Shown here in pieces: positions 13,324 to 27,730 of a DNA stretch of 64,000 nt. Position numbers and translations under genes: made by a program. Position 1 is the stretch's first letter. Each line of letters opens with the position of its first letter. Source of the stretch: Amphiscolops sp. MND2022 (Eukaryota); the NCBI GenBank assembly GCA_964187785.1, contig OZ076411.1, positions 37,882,001 through 37,946,000 of the forward strand. The letters are read 5' to 3'. The notes below the pieces were generated by a model, which saw only the letters and a list, made by a program, of their open reading frames with translations, was not told where the DNA came from and ran no database searches.

Positions 13324-13723
13324 GAAAAGGAAAGATGCAAAGTATCAGAAAGCACAAGTTCCTCAAATGGAGAAACTTCAGAACGCGGAAACCCGAAAAA
13401 CGAGAGAACCCCTCAGAAGATCACCCTACCTTCGAAAAAAGGGGAAAAACACCTCAACACCAAAAACAGAGAAAAACAAAGACATAACATAACAACGCCA
13501 AAAACAGAGAAAAACAAAGACATAACATCAAAATGGAGGATACTGAAAAAATAACTCAATTGAAAAAGAATTAAAGTATTTATTCTACAACAACATAGAG
13601 ATCAAAGATCTATCAGTCAAAATCAATTTGAAAGAAGTTGCTTAAGTTATCCAACGAAAAGATGACCAATACCAATACATTTACAAGAACAAGTTGCAAA
13701 AGAATTGAAACGACCGTTAGAAA

Positions 13724-16700
13724 ATGGATATGTGGAAAGAGCACCCGAAATCACAGAAGATGGTTTCGCGAGCCGTTGTAAGAACAGTACAGAAAAACAA
13801 ATCAATCAAAATTGCACTGGACTCACGAAAACTGAATGAACTCACAAAAAAACGGAAGGCGCAAATGTCGAACATGGAGGATTTAATTTCAAGAACAGCA
13901 AGGAAAAGATCAGAAGAAGAAGACAGTGAAATTTTGGCAACAAAACTAAACTTCGATTATGCATACGAACAAATACAATTGGACAAGAAAACAAGAAATT
14001 TAGGCATACTTAACAGGTGGAGAATTCAGTAGATATTATTGTTTCCTGATACGATTCTACGGACTGGCAGATCTTCCAACAATCTTTCAGGAACGTATCG
14101 ATAAAACCCTGGAGTACAAACATTCAGCATGGCTTGACGACATAATTATGGTAACGAAAGGAGAATATGAAGAAACATGAAACGGAAGTCCGAAAAACAA
14201 ATTCAGAAAATACTGGGTACACACTAAACCCAAAGATTTGCAACTTCTTCAAGATAAATTTGGTTGGGGGTGGGTCATCAATTTGACCAACATGGAAGAC
14301 GACCACTGTAAGACAAATTAGAAGCAGTAACAGAATAAACACACCAAAAAAGGATACGGAATTAAAGTCCTTTCTAGGGGCAATTCGGTATTTCTCAAAA
14401 TAATCAAAAATTCATCAAATAATACCGAGATCTTGAGAAAATTCCTGAAGAAACAAAACGAATGGAACTGGACAGAAGAACACACCCATGCCTTCAATAT
14501 TCTGAAGCAGTACATTATGAATATTCTATGTTTAGCACGTTACAACGCAAACAACGAAAAAATTTTAATAACAGACGCCAGGACAAAATGATTGGGAGCG
14601 ACACTGTGGCAAAGACGGAAAAGCGAAAAATTAAAACTGGTCGGATATGCAAGTAATTTGTTATCGCATACATATAACAAGTACGCAATAAACGAACTGG
14701 AGCCTTTTGCATCGGTATGGGGACTGGAACATTTCAGGCTTCATAAAGATGGCCGACCAATCGAATTACTGACAGATCATCAAGCCCTAGTACCACTAAT
14801 GAAAAAAAACAGGTCGAACAAATCCAATAGCGCAGGACTAACACAATGGCTAGAAAGGCTGGCACATTTTGACATAAAAATGAAACACATCGCAGGAAAA
14901 CACTTGGGATTAACACCGTTTTTGAGTAGAAATCTGGTGTCAAAACCAAAGCCAAAAACAATTTCGACGAAAATACGTAACTAATTGCGCAATACCAATA
15001 CTTGAGTTCATCAACAGTCACGGCAGCATCAACGAGTCAAATGAACGAATCGTGAACAAGCCCTTCAAAGAAGTGTGAACAGAAAATCAACCAATCACGA
15101 GCCAGCAAACCAAACAAACCAAAGTCCAAGCCAAGAAAAGTGAACGATGTCAGATCGTTGCTCATAACACTCAACAGAAAGTTTCACACGTAACTGTTCA
15201 CAAACAGAACGAGAACGAAATGGACAACAAAAACATCGAACAACTAGAAACAAAAGACCCATCAGCGGAAACACTATCCCTGACAAATAGATGGAAGGAA
15301 CTGATGAAACCAAACAATTACAGGATGGCAAATGGAATCTGAAAAAACCACCCGCCAAGATTTCACCAACTGGAAACTTTTTAAAAGATTGAAATGGAAT
15401 TGCATCAGAAAATAAACAGACATACTGGAAAAGAATGGAAGAACAAAGCCGGAAAACACCAGAAGAAAAAAGCAGACAAGAAAAATTGTTCAGACTAATA
15501 GAGAAAAAAAAGAAATACACCAATACCAAACAATGAAAACTAGCAAAGGATCAGTAAAACGACACCCACAGAAGAAACCGATTACCAGAGCAAAAAAACA
15601 GATCCGCTAATTCGAACGATTCCATGGACAATTAATTTGGACAATTCAGTATCTAGGAGCTACCGGAGTCAGATGTATTTGAATAAGACAGGCGAGCCAT
15701 GTCCAAGAAAATAAAGAGTGGGAATCAAGAGGAGACGGCGCGACAGTCGAACAAAAATATTCCACTGACTTGAAAACGATTGCAATGGAGACAACAAACG
15801 ACGACAAGTTACAGGAAACCATGGTTTGCCTGGAACGACAAACAATAAGTCAAACACCGAAGGCGTACAAGCAATTCACAAAGAACTTGTTAACAAGATC
15901 TGGAGTTGTGTTTTATGACGGCAAACACTTAGAATAAAAAAATCTGCGCAATATCGTCACCACATTTTTTCACAAAGGACACCCCTCCATCAAAAAGATA
16001 ACACATGCTGCAAAGTCGTTCTTGTGGCCGAGGACGGGGAAGGAAATCCAACAAAAATGCGATGAATGTATACCTTAAATGATGTCAGGTAAGAGTATAA
16101 AACATCATTTACCTATGACAGAAATTAATTACTTACTACTAACCAAAAAACCAAACCAAGAAATCCAATTGGAATACATTGGACCAATAAAATTTAAACA
16201 AAGACGATATTTGATACTGTATCCATAGATCGTTACAACAGATAGCAAGCAGCGTGCATCTGCGAGTCACCCACAGGACTCGCAGTACTCTAAAAGTACA
16301 AAAAAACTTATTGGAACATTATATATCTCTCATTGGCATACCACAAACCATAAACATAGATAAAGGCCGGCCTTTATCGGAAAAAAATCAGAGAATTTTG
16401 CAAAAACATAAATATCAAACTAAACACCGTATATACATACTTCAATGGGTCTGGGGGAAAGGGGGATTAGAAACACCTAGAGATTACATACGTACTAATC
16501 TTTGTGACGGATGCACCATAAATGAAGCTTTGAGCAGTTCAGCAAACGTAATGAGAAAAACGGTCCATTCCAGTATTAAAGAATATTCTTTCGAACGACA
16601 TTATGGTAGAAAGCCAAAAACAGAACTAACTAACTATTTACACCTATCACCAAACTTAAAACTAATGTACTTTAAGCAAAACCAGAAACACTGCAGGTGT

Positions 16701-16900
16701 ACACATCAAACAGCGATGGACAACATGATCAGCTGAAAACATCACGAAAACTCAAAGAAGACGTTGGTAACGAATATCCATATCTCTCTCTAGATAAGAA
16801 AGTGAAGAAAAACAAACTCGAAAGTGCATATGACACAAAACCGCATATAGCATTGCGGAAACTAAACACACAATTACGACGGATAAAACTAAAATAATGT
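13724..16900 (+). pseudogene. pol: pol remnants (RT, RNase H, integrase)
   Basis: IKIALDSRKLN, AWLDDII at about 14130, YAINELE...LLTDHQAL...HIAGK (RNase H), HKGHP and CDEC zinc motif, integrase core fragments. Many frameshifts. Confidence 0.88.
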
Positions 16901-17572
16901 ATCGAAAAAAGTAGGCAATCCGTTAGGAACTACGTTTTAAAATCCACTCTCCAGACGAGGGGAAACCCCACGAGGACCGGACGGTCGGTTCACCCCACTG
17001 CTACCGAACCAATCGGAGACAACAACAGACGTAGAAAAACCAGTGAGAAAAAGCACCCCCACTCTAGAAGGAACCATGTTATAAACAACACTTCAAAGCC
17101 CTACCGAAATGAGTCCTCTGTACGGACGGGGAAAAGGAAACTAATCAGGATCGGGACCGAACAAAAATCACCAGACAGAACGTGGCCGACAGAAACGGTA
17201 ATACCAATTTGATAAAGATCGAACAAGTTGGAAATGCAAACCTGATTTTAAACAACGATAAAGAAACAACCACAAGAATTAAAACTGCAAATCCTATAAT
17301 ACGTTAAGGTAATCCAATAACACATTTATGTTTGTTGTAACTACTGGGAACAAGTGGGACAGCCAAAACAGCCAATCAACTGGTTAAATAAGATTGGACC
17401 GGAACGTGAGAGATGATTGGTGGAAGATATCAGCCTATGAGATGAAAGAAGAAGAAAGCCGTTAGCGGAGGAGATGAAAAACACTCGGGATCTTCATTAA
17501 ACAAACTGTCGCGTACAATTATTTTAAACTATTTATGTAACTGATTAACTTAATTTGTACCTATATCACCTT

Positions 17573-17584
17573 AGAGAGGGGGAA
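17573..17584 (+). promoter_or_regulatory. polypurine tract
   Basis: AGAGAGGGGGAA directly before the 3' LTR. Confidence 0.88.
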
Positions 17585-17796
17585 TGTGACATTATGTCGT
17601 ACTTGAGTTAGTCCGTAGAGGTCACGTAACTTTCAGATAGCTAAGTACCTGTCAACCTTTATGTTTATTACATATGCTTGTACATGTATATTTTATGATC
17701 TATTAACGTACAGATTTCAGTTGAATACAATACGAGTTATAATACACTGTTACAAGCACAATTATCTTTACCATTTCCTTTCGATAAGACAGAACA
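17585..17796 (+). repeat. 3' LTR
   Basis: TGTGACAT...AGAACA, direct repeat of 13097-13308. Confidence 0.93.
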
Positions 17797-17834
17797 CCGT
17801 GTTCTACCTAAAACTAATAGCCAAAGTTGGAAAG

Positions 17835-17995
17835 TACTCGCTAGTTGGTGTAAGGGTTAGAGTGAAAAATTACAGTGAAAAATTGAAGGCATTAGGTCGT
17901 GGATTTGAAGCCTGCGCCAACCAACAAAATTCACGTGTCTACTTGGTCTAGTGGTTAGGCTACGAGGATTGAAAGCTGTCATGCCTAACGCACAA
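17835..17995 (+). mobile_element. possible tRNA-derived SINE remnant
   Basis: A-box-like TAGTTGGTGTAAGGG and TGGTCTAGTGGTTAGG, and B-box-like GGATTTGAAGCC. No cloverleaf could be built. Confidence 0.3.
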
Positions 17996-18318
17996 AAATA
18001 ATTGCATACGAAAGAGTAAAATGCTGCTAAAGAAACTGCATCATGTAACTAAAACACAAAAACATTTTCAATGCAACGTTTAGATTTAATTCTCGAACTA
18101 GCGTTTTATAAACATGAATCATACATTCTCCTTCATGTGAATTTAAAACTGATTTATGATACCATTATCAATTGTGTTTGTAATGTGGATGATATATCAT
18201 CATCACGTTTCATTTTAGTCTTGATGCATTATGATTAATGTCCATTTTAACCATTGATTCATATAACGTTGGCTGCATCACTATATAGCAATACCATTTG
18301 TACCAAATTAGTGAGTCA

Positions 18319-18903
18319 TGTAACTGTGGTAACGCACCTACCAAATGTAGACTCAAACCACTCTATTACCAACCAAGGTGCTAATTAACACAATCAGAAT
18401 ACTGATACATGAATGGTCGATGTGTTCAAGCAAACTACATCGACATAGTCAATATTGAGTGAAAAAGGGCCAGCATAGAGTTTAGCTATACCGTACAGTG
18501 CAGTCGCTATTACCTCATACCAATTCAAAACACAATTCAACCTTCTAATATTACAATTCATACTTCATAAACTCCAATATTTTTTCTTTATGGTTAAAAC
18601 AAGATCGCAAACAACTAGAGATAACTTGATTGAATCAAATGGGATGGATAGACATAGTGATTCCGAAAGTGAAGGTAGCATTTGAGAAGTCCTTACCAGG
18701 GAACAAATAATCGAATTTAATGATGGAGATGTGCTGAACTATCAAAACAATACTGAACGAGACTTCGTTAACAAACGTTTCTTTGACATAAATAGACAGA
18801 TAAATGAATTGACGAATTTGGTACTCGCATTGGCTGAAAAGATATCCTCTAGCAATAGAGAAGGGAACGAATTACACACTGTCTCAAATAGTCATGAGGC
18901 ACC
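18319..18903 (+). mobile_element. LTR-like unit, family B, with Gag-leader-like ORF from 18590
   Basis: Starts TGTAAC. ORF MVKTRSQTT...NKRFFDINRQINELTNLVLALAEKISSSNREGN...SNSHEA has one stop. Its 3' part is repeated at 30474-30628, where it ends GCACGTTCCGGCA. Confidence 0.55.
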
Positions 18904-19529
18904 AGGAGTTTCTTACTTCGAATCCCGTTCGCGGATAGAAACTTTTTGAAATTGCAAAGTAAAAAAGACTACTATAGTTTCCGGATAAAAGCTATATTGG
19001 TGAAACTATTGAATGAAATCCAATTTTTTGACGTTATGTTGGAAATAGACTGTCTTACCAGGTACATGGTTGGGTCACAACAGTGTCAAATCTAACAAGT
19101 GTCAAATTTGTAATTTTTCAAAAGGAACTACAATATTTCCGGTTTTCGATATAACGCATATGGCGAAAAACAATTTCACTATAAGCCACGTGTTGATAAT
19201 TTATCCAGTTTATAACAGGTCTTGTCAGGAAGAAGGTGGTTTAAAGTCTAACTGGCGACAACCTTCTGTATCTTTTCAAACTATTCGTTCCCTTTTTGAG
19301 ATTTTTCCCCACTGTGCGGCTTTTTGAAATTTCATCACGAGAAAACCTGTTGTTTGTTTTATGTCCTTATTCAGATAGATAATTTTTGGCGCCGCAATAT
19401 TTTTGAGATTTTTGGAATATACTGAAATTGGTGTCATTTCACTAAACAGAAAGAGTAGCGTGCAGAAATCAAGTAGTATTGTTCACTAACCAGACACCAG
19501 CAACAAACGCTCTGCTCGGTTGAAATTTG
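18757..19529 (+). repeat. duplicated segment (LTR end plus SINE-like/AT-rich flank), copy 1
   Basis: Roughly 90% identical by eye to 30474-31256; lacks about 13 bp at the LTR/flank junction. Confidence 0.92.
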
Positions 19530-20701
19530 ACTCATACGAACCCAGTGCGCCCATCCACATCGCAATACCCTCAGTCATTCGCCCACCAAATTGACGACAT
19601 CGTCACCGGAATCCACCCCCTGAGAGACACGATGACGGATACTGTACAACATCCGAAAATCCTCCACACACAGGTTCCACTCTTCAGAGGTAACCGGGAA
19701 AAGTACAACGAATTTGAGCACCTCCTGCTCAACCACTTCAGGCCACACCAACAAAAACTGTCAGAGGAAGAGAAACTGACGTACTTCCAGAGCCTGCTTC
19801 GTGATGATGCCATCGAATTCTGCAATCACTGAAGATAACGACCCAAAAGACACTGGCGCAAGTCTTGCGTTGCTTCAAAAAAGAGTACGCCAAAGAGAAT
19901 TTGAAAGAAGTGGCCAATTACAAAATTGCCCAAATGAGCTACGACCCGGCTGCAGAGACTTTCAACGAATTTCTCAATAAATTCAAAAAAGTAGCAAAAC
20001 AAGCATTTGGAGACAGATCTCGACAGATGGCGACATAACAGAGACCTTCCTGTTTGCCAAACTTCCCGTTCAGATGCAAAACGAACTGGCAATGGCAGGA
20101 AAGCATGATGCTTCGATGGAGGATATCCGAACATTTTTGCAGCGCAGATGTCAGTATGCACAACTCCTCCCAACAAATTCTAGTGCACAACCATTCAACC
20201 AGATGAGTGCACCCTAACCAACAGCAGCTGCACCACAAATTTCCTAATCTCAACCTCAACAAAACATGGAAACGAAGAAAAATTTGACGGTCAATGCCGT
20301 CATTTCGGTATACACGGGCATAAATGGGTAGAATGTCGAAAACGACTCCGGGAAGAAACCCAAAAAAACCCGCGAATTCAAACTCGCAACTCGCCGCCCA
20401 ACCCAGTCAAGAACAATAACCCAAACCAAAAAACAATTTGAAACTTTTCTGCCAGATATGTGGGAAGGTGGGACATTCAACCCGAGACTGTTACAACAGG
20501 AATACGGCTACATCGGCATACAGGAGCGTTCCGTATCCTAAACAGTCAACGGAGGAAAACAGACAGTTCCGAAGGGACTTTAGACAGAACAATGCCAGGG
20601 TCTACAGCACAAACGAACTGTCCCTCACAACCAATGATGAAGCTGAAAATGCAGAGGAGATTGAACGACACGATGACGTTGAAGATCCAAAAAACTTCTA
20701 A
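19527..20701 (+). pseudogene. gag: Gypsy gag
   Basis: VPLFRGNREKYNEFEHLL...YFQSLLRDDAIEF; CCHC knuckle CQICGKVGHSTRDC at about 20450; frameshifts present; ends PKNF-stop. Confidence 0.88.
20689..20695 (+). promoter_or_regulatory. -1 ribosomal frameshift slippery site A AAA AAC at the gag/pol junction
   Basis: The heptamer is phased X XXY YYZ in the gag frame one codon before the gag stop. The -1 frame is the ORF 20701-21261 containing protease LLDTGA. Confidence 0.7.
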
Positions 20702-23700
20702 TGCCACGTCATCCAACTCAAACTGACAAAAGTTCGCGCCATAACCAAAAACAACCCACTTCTACTCAAAACCAACTCAAGACTACAAACCACACGGGGT
20801 GGCAGTCCCGTCCTTCAACCTATACTAAAGAAACTACACACTTTGCCATCACAAGACATTCGACTGATAACTACACCATCAAACCGAAAGAACTGAAGCG
20901 AAGATCCGAAGTCAGCAACATAGAACCAATACGTCAAGGCTACAAAATGCCTGAATTGCCGAATGCTGAGGAACAACCCTCACTCCCAATACCAAACAAT
21001 CCACCGAAGAAACCAAAATATGAAATCCGCCAGCTGAGTGTCACCTTACAACTCAACAAGAAAGACAGGATGTTGTACGTACCACTTCAATTTCGTGAAT
21101 ACGAAAATTTTGGTCTTCTCGATACCGGTGCAGTTGAAACAGTGCACTATCAGAAGCAGAACTTCGTCGCATTTTCTCAGCACATCCAGCAGCCCTTCTC
21201 CAAGAGCTCCATGCCCCGGAGTTCAAAGTCCAAATCGCTAATGGTAACATTGTACCAGTGAGGAAACAAGTTTTGTTACGATTTTTTATTAGTAGAAAAG
21301 TCTTCGAAGAGACATTCATGGTTTTCCCGACCATGGGAACGTACTCATTGGAATGTCGTTTTTCAAGAAATACTCCGTTACCCTAGATTTAGCTAACAAA
21401 ATAGTCAAATTCCCGGACATCACCCTCCAGCTACGATCAGTCAACGGGAAATTCCAAAACAAAACTACTCGAACTGAAAACAACCCAGAAGATTGTGACC
21501 CAACCCCAACAACAAGTGTTCGTCCCAGTGGTGATTGAACGCAACCTAGGCGACATCACTGGCACTGTCGAAGGACACCCGCTTTTGAAAGACGTTCACA
21601 CCTGTTGGTGTCCCGGCTCTCAGCGAGACCCAGGAGGGTCGGACTCATGTCCAAATCACCAACCCATTTGATTACCAGATAAATGTCAAAATGGGCACCG
21701 CAGTAGCATCGTTCAAGATCATGACACCAAAACAAGCCAATAATCTACAACCGATGACTGGTCACCAACTCAACCTGATCTCACAATACCCAGATGACGC
21801 CGAAGCGGTATTGAATCAAATATTTTAGGATCCGACTGCGAAATCAGACAAAAGATGGTACCCTACCCCTGAGACGTGTGATGACCCGTCAAAACTCAAC
21901 AGGATTGAAAGACATATCTACGACGAGATCATCAAATTCAGGAAGTTGGAGAAATTGGATCCGACTGCAAACGAAGAACAACGACAGGAATTCATGGCAA
22001 ACTTCCAGTGGGAACGATCAATACTGAGCCAACAAGAAAAATAGACGATTGAGGCTCTCCTGGTCAAGTCCATGACATCTTTGCCAGGCACAGACTGGAT
22101 ATAGGGATCAACACCGAGTTCAAGATGAAGTTGACTCCCAAGCACGACGAACCAGTCTATGCTCAAAGCTTACCCACTCCGACGAATCTGAAAGGTGACT
22201 TACTAGTTGAATTGGCACTGATGCAGGAGTACGGTATCATCACCACGTTACCATACAGCAAGTACTCATCACCTATCGTTGCCCAGCGCAAACCGAATGG
22301 GAAGCCCAGATTTCTTGTCGACCTCAGACTAATCAATCGTTTACTGAAGAATGACTACAATCAGCATAACCACCCAGTGACGACAATGGCCGACGCAGCG
22401 CAGCACATGGCAGGAAAACGATACTTCTGCAAAGTGGAATGTTCGCAAGCGTACCACTGCTTGCAGATAGCAGATGAACAGTCAGTCAAGTTACTCGCTT
22501 TCAACTTCGGAAGTAGGACGTTTGCCTGCCTACCTCAAACTAGCTCAAGGACTGAACCGATCACGAACAGCTTTCAACAGTACTGTTCGAGAGAACCTGG
22601 ACCCTCTAGTCAAGGCTGACAAGTGTGCTCAAGACGTCGATGACATCGGCATTGCAGCCAACAATATCGAAGAATTAGTCGATAACATTGAGTCAGACTT
22701 CATCAAGATCAGACAAGCTGGCCTGAAACTGTCAATGGCTAAATGCGCTTTCGGACACCCTGAAATAGAATTCCTGGGACTGAGCATCACCTCCAAGGGA
22801 GTTGCACCCATTGAAGAAAAAATCGACAAATTCTTGAAAAACATCAAATTGCCGACGTCCGTGAAGTCACTACAACGGTATATTGAATTTGTGCAGTTTT
22901 ACCGCCGGTACATACCGAAGTTAGCTGAGAAACCGGTTCCTTTATACAAGTTATCACAAATATGAACTCAGCCAAGTCCACAAAGATGCTATATTTGACA
23001 TCAACGAGAACCTTGCAAATGCTGCCAAAATGCCCTTGCGACTGTCTCTTCCGGACAAACAACTGGTCATCATGTGCGATGCCAGCGAGCATGCAGCTGG
23101 GAAAGTCCTGCTCATAGAGGACTACACAGACTCCGATGTTGGGCCGATGAAGTCATACGCTCCTGTTGCATTCGGATTGCAGAGGTGTACTGAAGGCCAG
23201 ATGTCACTCACGATGTACGCAAAAGTGCTGAATTACGCAAAAAGTGATGAATTCGCACATATCTTGTGGGGTGTAAAAAAGCCGACGATAGTCATGACTG
23301 ACAACAAAGCCCTCACAAGATTCATCCAATCGAAGAGAATTCCGCCCAAACTGTGGTGGAATTACTGCGACCACGATCTCCAACTTGACTTCGTCCTGGC
23401 TCATGTACCTGGCCTCGAAAACCCAGGAGCTGATTACCTGTCCAGACTTGACATAAACCCGAGGGACAGAATCCACCTCAAGCTCCATGATGAAATACCA
23501 GTCTACTAAATTGAGATTGACCTGGCCTCCGAAACCCCCAAACAAGACGATGATGAAGCGGAGTACATCCCAGAAGAAGATGATGCACCTGACACCACCA
23601 CACCACAAAATCCAACGATGCAAACCCTACTGGCAATGTTCCCGCGAAAACATCAAGAAGATGACGAACAGTACTGTAGACGCATCGACGAGATCCAATA

Positions 23701-25320
23701 CCAGATGCAACCCTTTGTGACGCCCTCTAACCAGACTCTTTTCTTCACCCGATTCTACCAACGGAACCAGGTTCACATGGGAGATCAGGTATGCCCTTCG
23801 GGGACTCCAGAGATTGTTAAGGCTCAAGGTGAAAACAGTGATGTCCAACGTATGATAAGAATGATTACTGTGCAAGAAACACCCCCAAACCAAGTGAACT
23901 TTAAAAGTGCCTTTTTTCAAAAACTTTACAATAACCGTGAAAGGCGGAAATGGTGCAAGAATTTGTGAATAACTGTCAAACTTGTATCAAAACGAAACCT
24001 GTAAAACATAACTCCATAACACCACCACTCGAACCTATTTACGACCCCTGCAATGAGCCTGAAGACATTTTGGAGATCGATCTGATAGAAGAGTTACCAC
24101 GGTATAACAGGTACAGGCACATCCTGACGGCGTGCGACTACTTCTCGTGATATCTGTTTGCCATACCAATCAGGAAACCTGAAACCAAATTGGTAGTGAA
24201 CGCTCTGATAGACATTTTCACGAAACACGCCTACATCCCGAAACACATCATCACTGACAAAGGCTCTGCCTTTTCCTCACACGTGATTGAAAAACTCTTG
24301 AAAACAAGTGGCATCAAAGTGTCCCATGCTACAGTCAAACATGCCCAAACATATAGTATGATCAAGAGATCACATCAAAATCTGAAATAAATGCTTAAGA
24401 TTAACGTTTCAGCAGACCAACTTCAGTGGGACAGGTACGTCAATATTGCCGTAATGGCACACAACACAAGATACCACCAGTACGACCAAACTTCGGAATG
24501 TACTCCAACTTAAATTTTCCATGGACGCGTGCCGTACAACGCACTGGACCTCAAATTTAGCCATCCTCTGAGTTTACCAAGGAACGCCACTGACACCCAG
24601 TCACTCGTCGACAACTTTAATTCCAAATTTTAAGAAACGCGAAAATTATCAAAGCCTTTCACAAGTACAAAGCACATTACGACCGTAAGGCACAAGCATC
24701 GCCACTTAAAGTAAATGACTTTGTCTTTTTACTCAACCCCAAAATTAATTCGCAGTCTGAAAAACTACCCGTTAACACATTCAAGTGGAAAAGCCATACA
24801 AGGTAGTTAAAGTCTTGTCACACTCTAATAACATCGTCCGGAAAGTAGGGACCTTTAAAACACAGTGCGTACAAAACAAGTGGCTCCGCCCATTCATACC
24901 ACACGACCACATCGAAGACGTAATCGATGATGCAAATCGGCACTACAGCGACCCTGACGCTACTGATGATCAGTCGATATTCAACGATAATTTACCCGAA
25001 CTCGAACAACCAGCGTCAACCGGCGCAACTGGCGAAGTTGACATAAATGAATTTGAAACAATCGATGCACAACACTTAATGATCTATCACGAACGCGAAC
25101 AAGTGCATGAGGTTTCACCTCTGTAACAACCATTACCAGAAACTGCCCATTCCAATAACACTCGAAAATCTGAATCCGAAAGTCTGCCTGAACAAACGAA
25201 CACGCCATTACCACATGCCAAATCTGAAAAGAACGACCCGGTCAATGATGACGCGGGGTCAACTGCGTCTACTTCTGAAACGCCTGCACCGATCACGCAA
25301 AAAACCATAACTGGGTATAG
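20701..25320 (+). pseudogene. pol: Gypsy pol (PR-RT-RNase H-IN), decayed
   Basis: GLLDTGA; LVDLRLIN and VDDIGI (RT); MCDASEHAAG and TDNKAL (RNase H); CQTC, EIDLIEELP and IITDKGSAF (integrase). Frameshifts and stops throughout. Confidence 0.95.
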
Positions 25321-27430
25321 CCTTAGTTTCGCACCCGTCCAAAAACGTACGATAATTTCCTTGTTCACGAACTACAAGCAAAACCTGCCTTAGTAAAATA
25401 CATGCAACGGAAATCTGCGAATCTTGGAAAATTTTCCAAACTTTCACTTACACGTTTAATTGAATGCAGTCTACATCACGACATGTAACCATCATATCAT
25501 CGAATTATTTCCTTTACTTTGTGAATACTGATACTCACTGTCCTGCATACTTGAGTTTAACGGCAGAGTAAAGTATTACTCTCTACCGAGACAGTTGAGC
25601 GTGAAAGTAAATACTTATAATGCCGTCATACACACCACATCACACTAACCGGAAATTACTAGGTACATGTAACTCACATGTAATTGGATTGCTAATTTAT
25701 GCAATTCACGAGAATTTCCAACCACACACTTTCAAAGGATTTGCTCTGCAATTTTGTCACCACCAGCCTTAAATCAAAAATGTTATGTCACTTTTGCAGA
25801 CGTAACACCTCACAGTCAAGAATGAAAAAGACTTAGCTGACTCGTTTAGATTACGTCAAAAGACCTAGTTCCCACGTTTCCGCCTAATTAGCTATAGTGT
25901 CGGCTATGTGGGTGCGCCATCAAATGCGTGCCTGTGTGGTTGGTCGTGCATATTCAGATGAAGCTTGATCTTTGGCAAGTGGATTCGGTGTTAGTTTTGT
26001 ATGGGTTTTTGCGACGGCAAATAACCTTTCCCAATGAAACGAAAGTAAAAACTTTTTCCCAGGACAGTTACATGCAGTCGTCACCCTTACTTGACACTTA
26101 AGTCGTGACCCTTTTGTTATAACTGGTGATTCGTAGGCTTCGCCTCGCGTCAGAAAAAACAAGGCAATAAAACACATGTAGACACACTTACCACATGAAT
26201 ATATCAAAAACAAGGGATGGGTTACACCACCCCTTGCCAAAAAGCTCAATGGACTTGGGCAAACCCATTTCCCATTGATTGAATGGTAAATTTTGACACA
26301 CGTCACGAGTGATGACGTCGCGAGACACACATCAGCAATGACGACGTCGAAAATGACATTTGGTTTACAGCGTTCATATGCAAAAATACAAACTGATTGA
26401 CAACCTAAAATGACACTCACTTAGTAAACACCTATCAAACCACCAACTAGCGGAGTTCAAAAGGAGACACCGAACATGTTTGTTAATAGACCAACACAAT
26501 GGGCCAAGATTTGATCAAGTCCTACCTTGAGTAATTGGTCCCAAGGCTTACCGCGCACTCCATCTGACAATCTCGACACCAGCATATCGGTTGACTCAGT
26601 AACTCGTAGCAATCCTTGTAAAATCTTCCGCGTTTGTCCGACAAACGAATGAGTGAACCAGCTCCTTACTAAATGCACACTTGACATCAACGTGTCAACA
26701 TCTAACGCAATCTGTGGATCAACGTCATAGTCAGCTTGGTAACTTCCTGTAACTGCGATAGTAACCACGAGATCCAACACTTTTCTAAATTGTTCACAGC
26801 GTTTCCAATGCGGGTAAGACATCCACATAGAGATGATGTCCTCGGTCACAGGTACTTCGTCCTGCTGAGCTGACCACTTCCTCTTGAAAACATGAGTCAC
26901 GTCCAAGTACTGTTGCTGGACTGTCGCGCCACTGTCCCCACCAAGCAAACCGTGAGCCGTTAACACTGCACATGTCTCCACGAAAGCATCGACACGACGA
27001 TCGTCAGATCCACTATGCATAACTGCAGGGTCGAATGGCGTTAGACTCAGATACTTATGCCACACTCGCTGCCACATAGTAGTCAGTCCTTTACATAGCG
27101 CAACTAATAATTTTTGAACAGACTTGTAGAAGAAGGGCACCTGGGTACTTATGTCAAATCGGAAGTACTGTCCGAAATTTAGTCGATACAAGTTCGTGTC
27201 CACATCAGCACAGTCACAATCAATGGGTTTCAACTAAGCAGTAATTTCATATTCGGCAGAAATACTTGCAGCAGGATAGATGAACTGCATCAGTCCACGG
27301 ATAAACTTCGCCAGTTCATGCTCGACAACCAGTCTGCAGTCCAGTCCCTTCCCCCCACAGCCAAACACAGTACTTCGCCAATGAAACAACACAACCAAAT
27401 TCAATAAACAAAATACCCATGCGAAAATAC

Positions 27431-27519
27431 CTGGAGGAACCCTTAGCATTAACAGATGATATGAACAGTACCTCATCAAAAGGTTACATGCAAAATATCA
27501 CCAAAAATTATCTACTTAC
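27431..27519 (-). other. candidate intron 3 (phase 1; acceptor uncertain)
   Basis: GTAAGT donor at 27519. The phase-compatible acceptor CCTCCAG at 27431 leaves about 20 more residues than expected. Confidence 0.45.
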
Positions 27520-27730
27520 TTAGATCCAAGACTAGTCGGAGGAATGCAAAACGTGGTCGGATCATAGCGTCACCAAACACTTGCTTTTCAAGAGGTGTCA
27601 TCACCCGCAACTCTGAAGTCACATTCGGCAGGTTAGTTCCAAATTGCAGAGCCAGATCATTCCAATACTCCACTACCTCAACACAAACTTTCGCTAGCTG
27701 ATCGACGTCATCTCCTCCAGCTCGTATATA

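Larger units (their letters stand above)
13097..17796 (+). mobile_element. Ty3/Gypsy LTR retrotransposon, internally deleted and decayed
   Basis: Two 212-bp LTRs (TGT...ACA), TGG-starting PBS, PPT, and RT, RNase H and integrase remnants in Gypsy order. Flanks CCGCT and CCGTG are an imperfect TSD. Confidence 0.93.

Noticed and set aside
13455-13535. Two-copy tandem duplication of about 39 bp
   Set aside because: A local slippage event within a decayed element leader; no evidence of function.
17835-17995. Functional tRNA gene
   Set aside because: Only box-like motifs are present, with no acceptor stem or anticodon arm; kept as a low-confidence SINE remnant.
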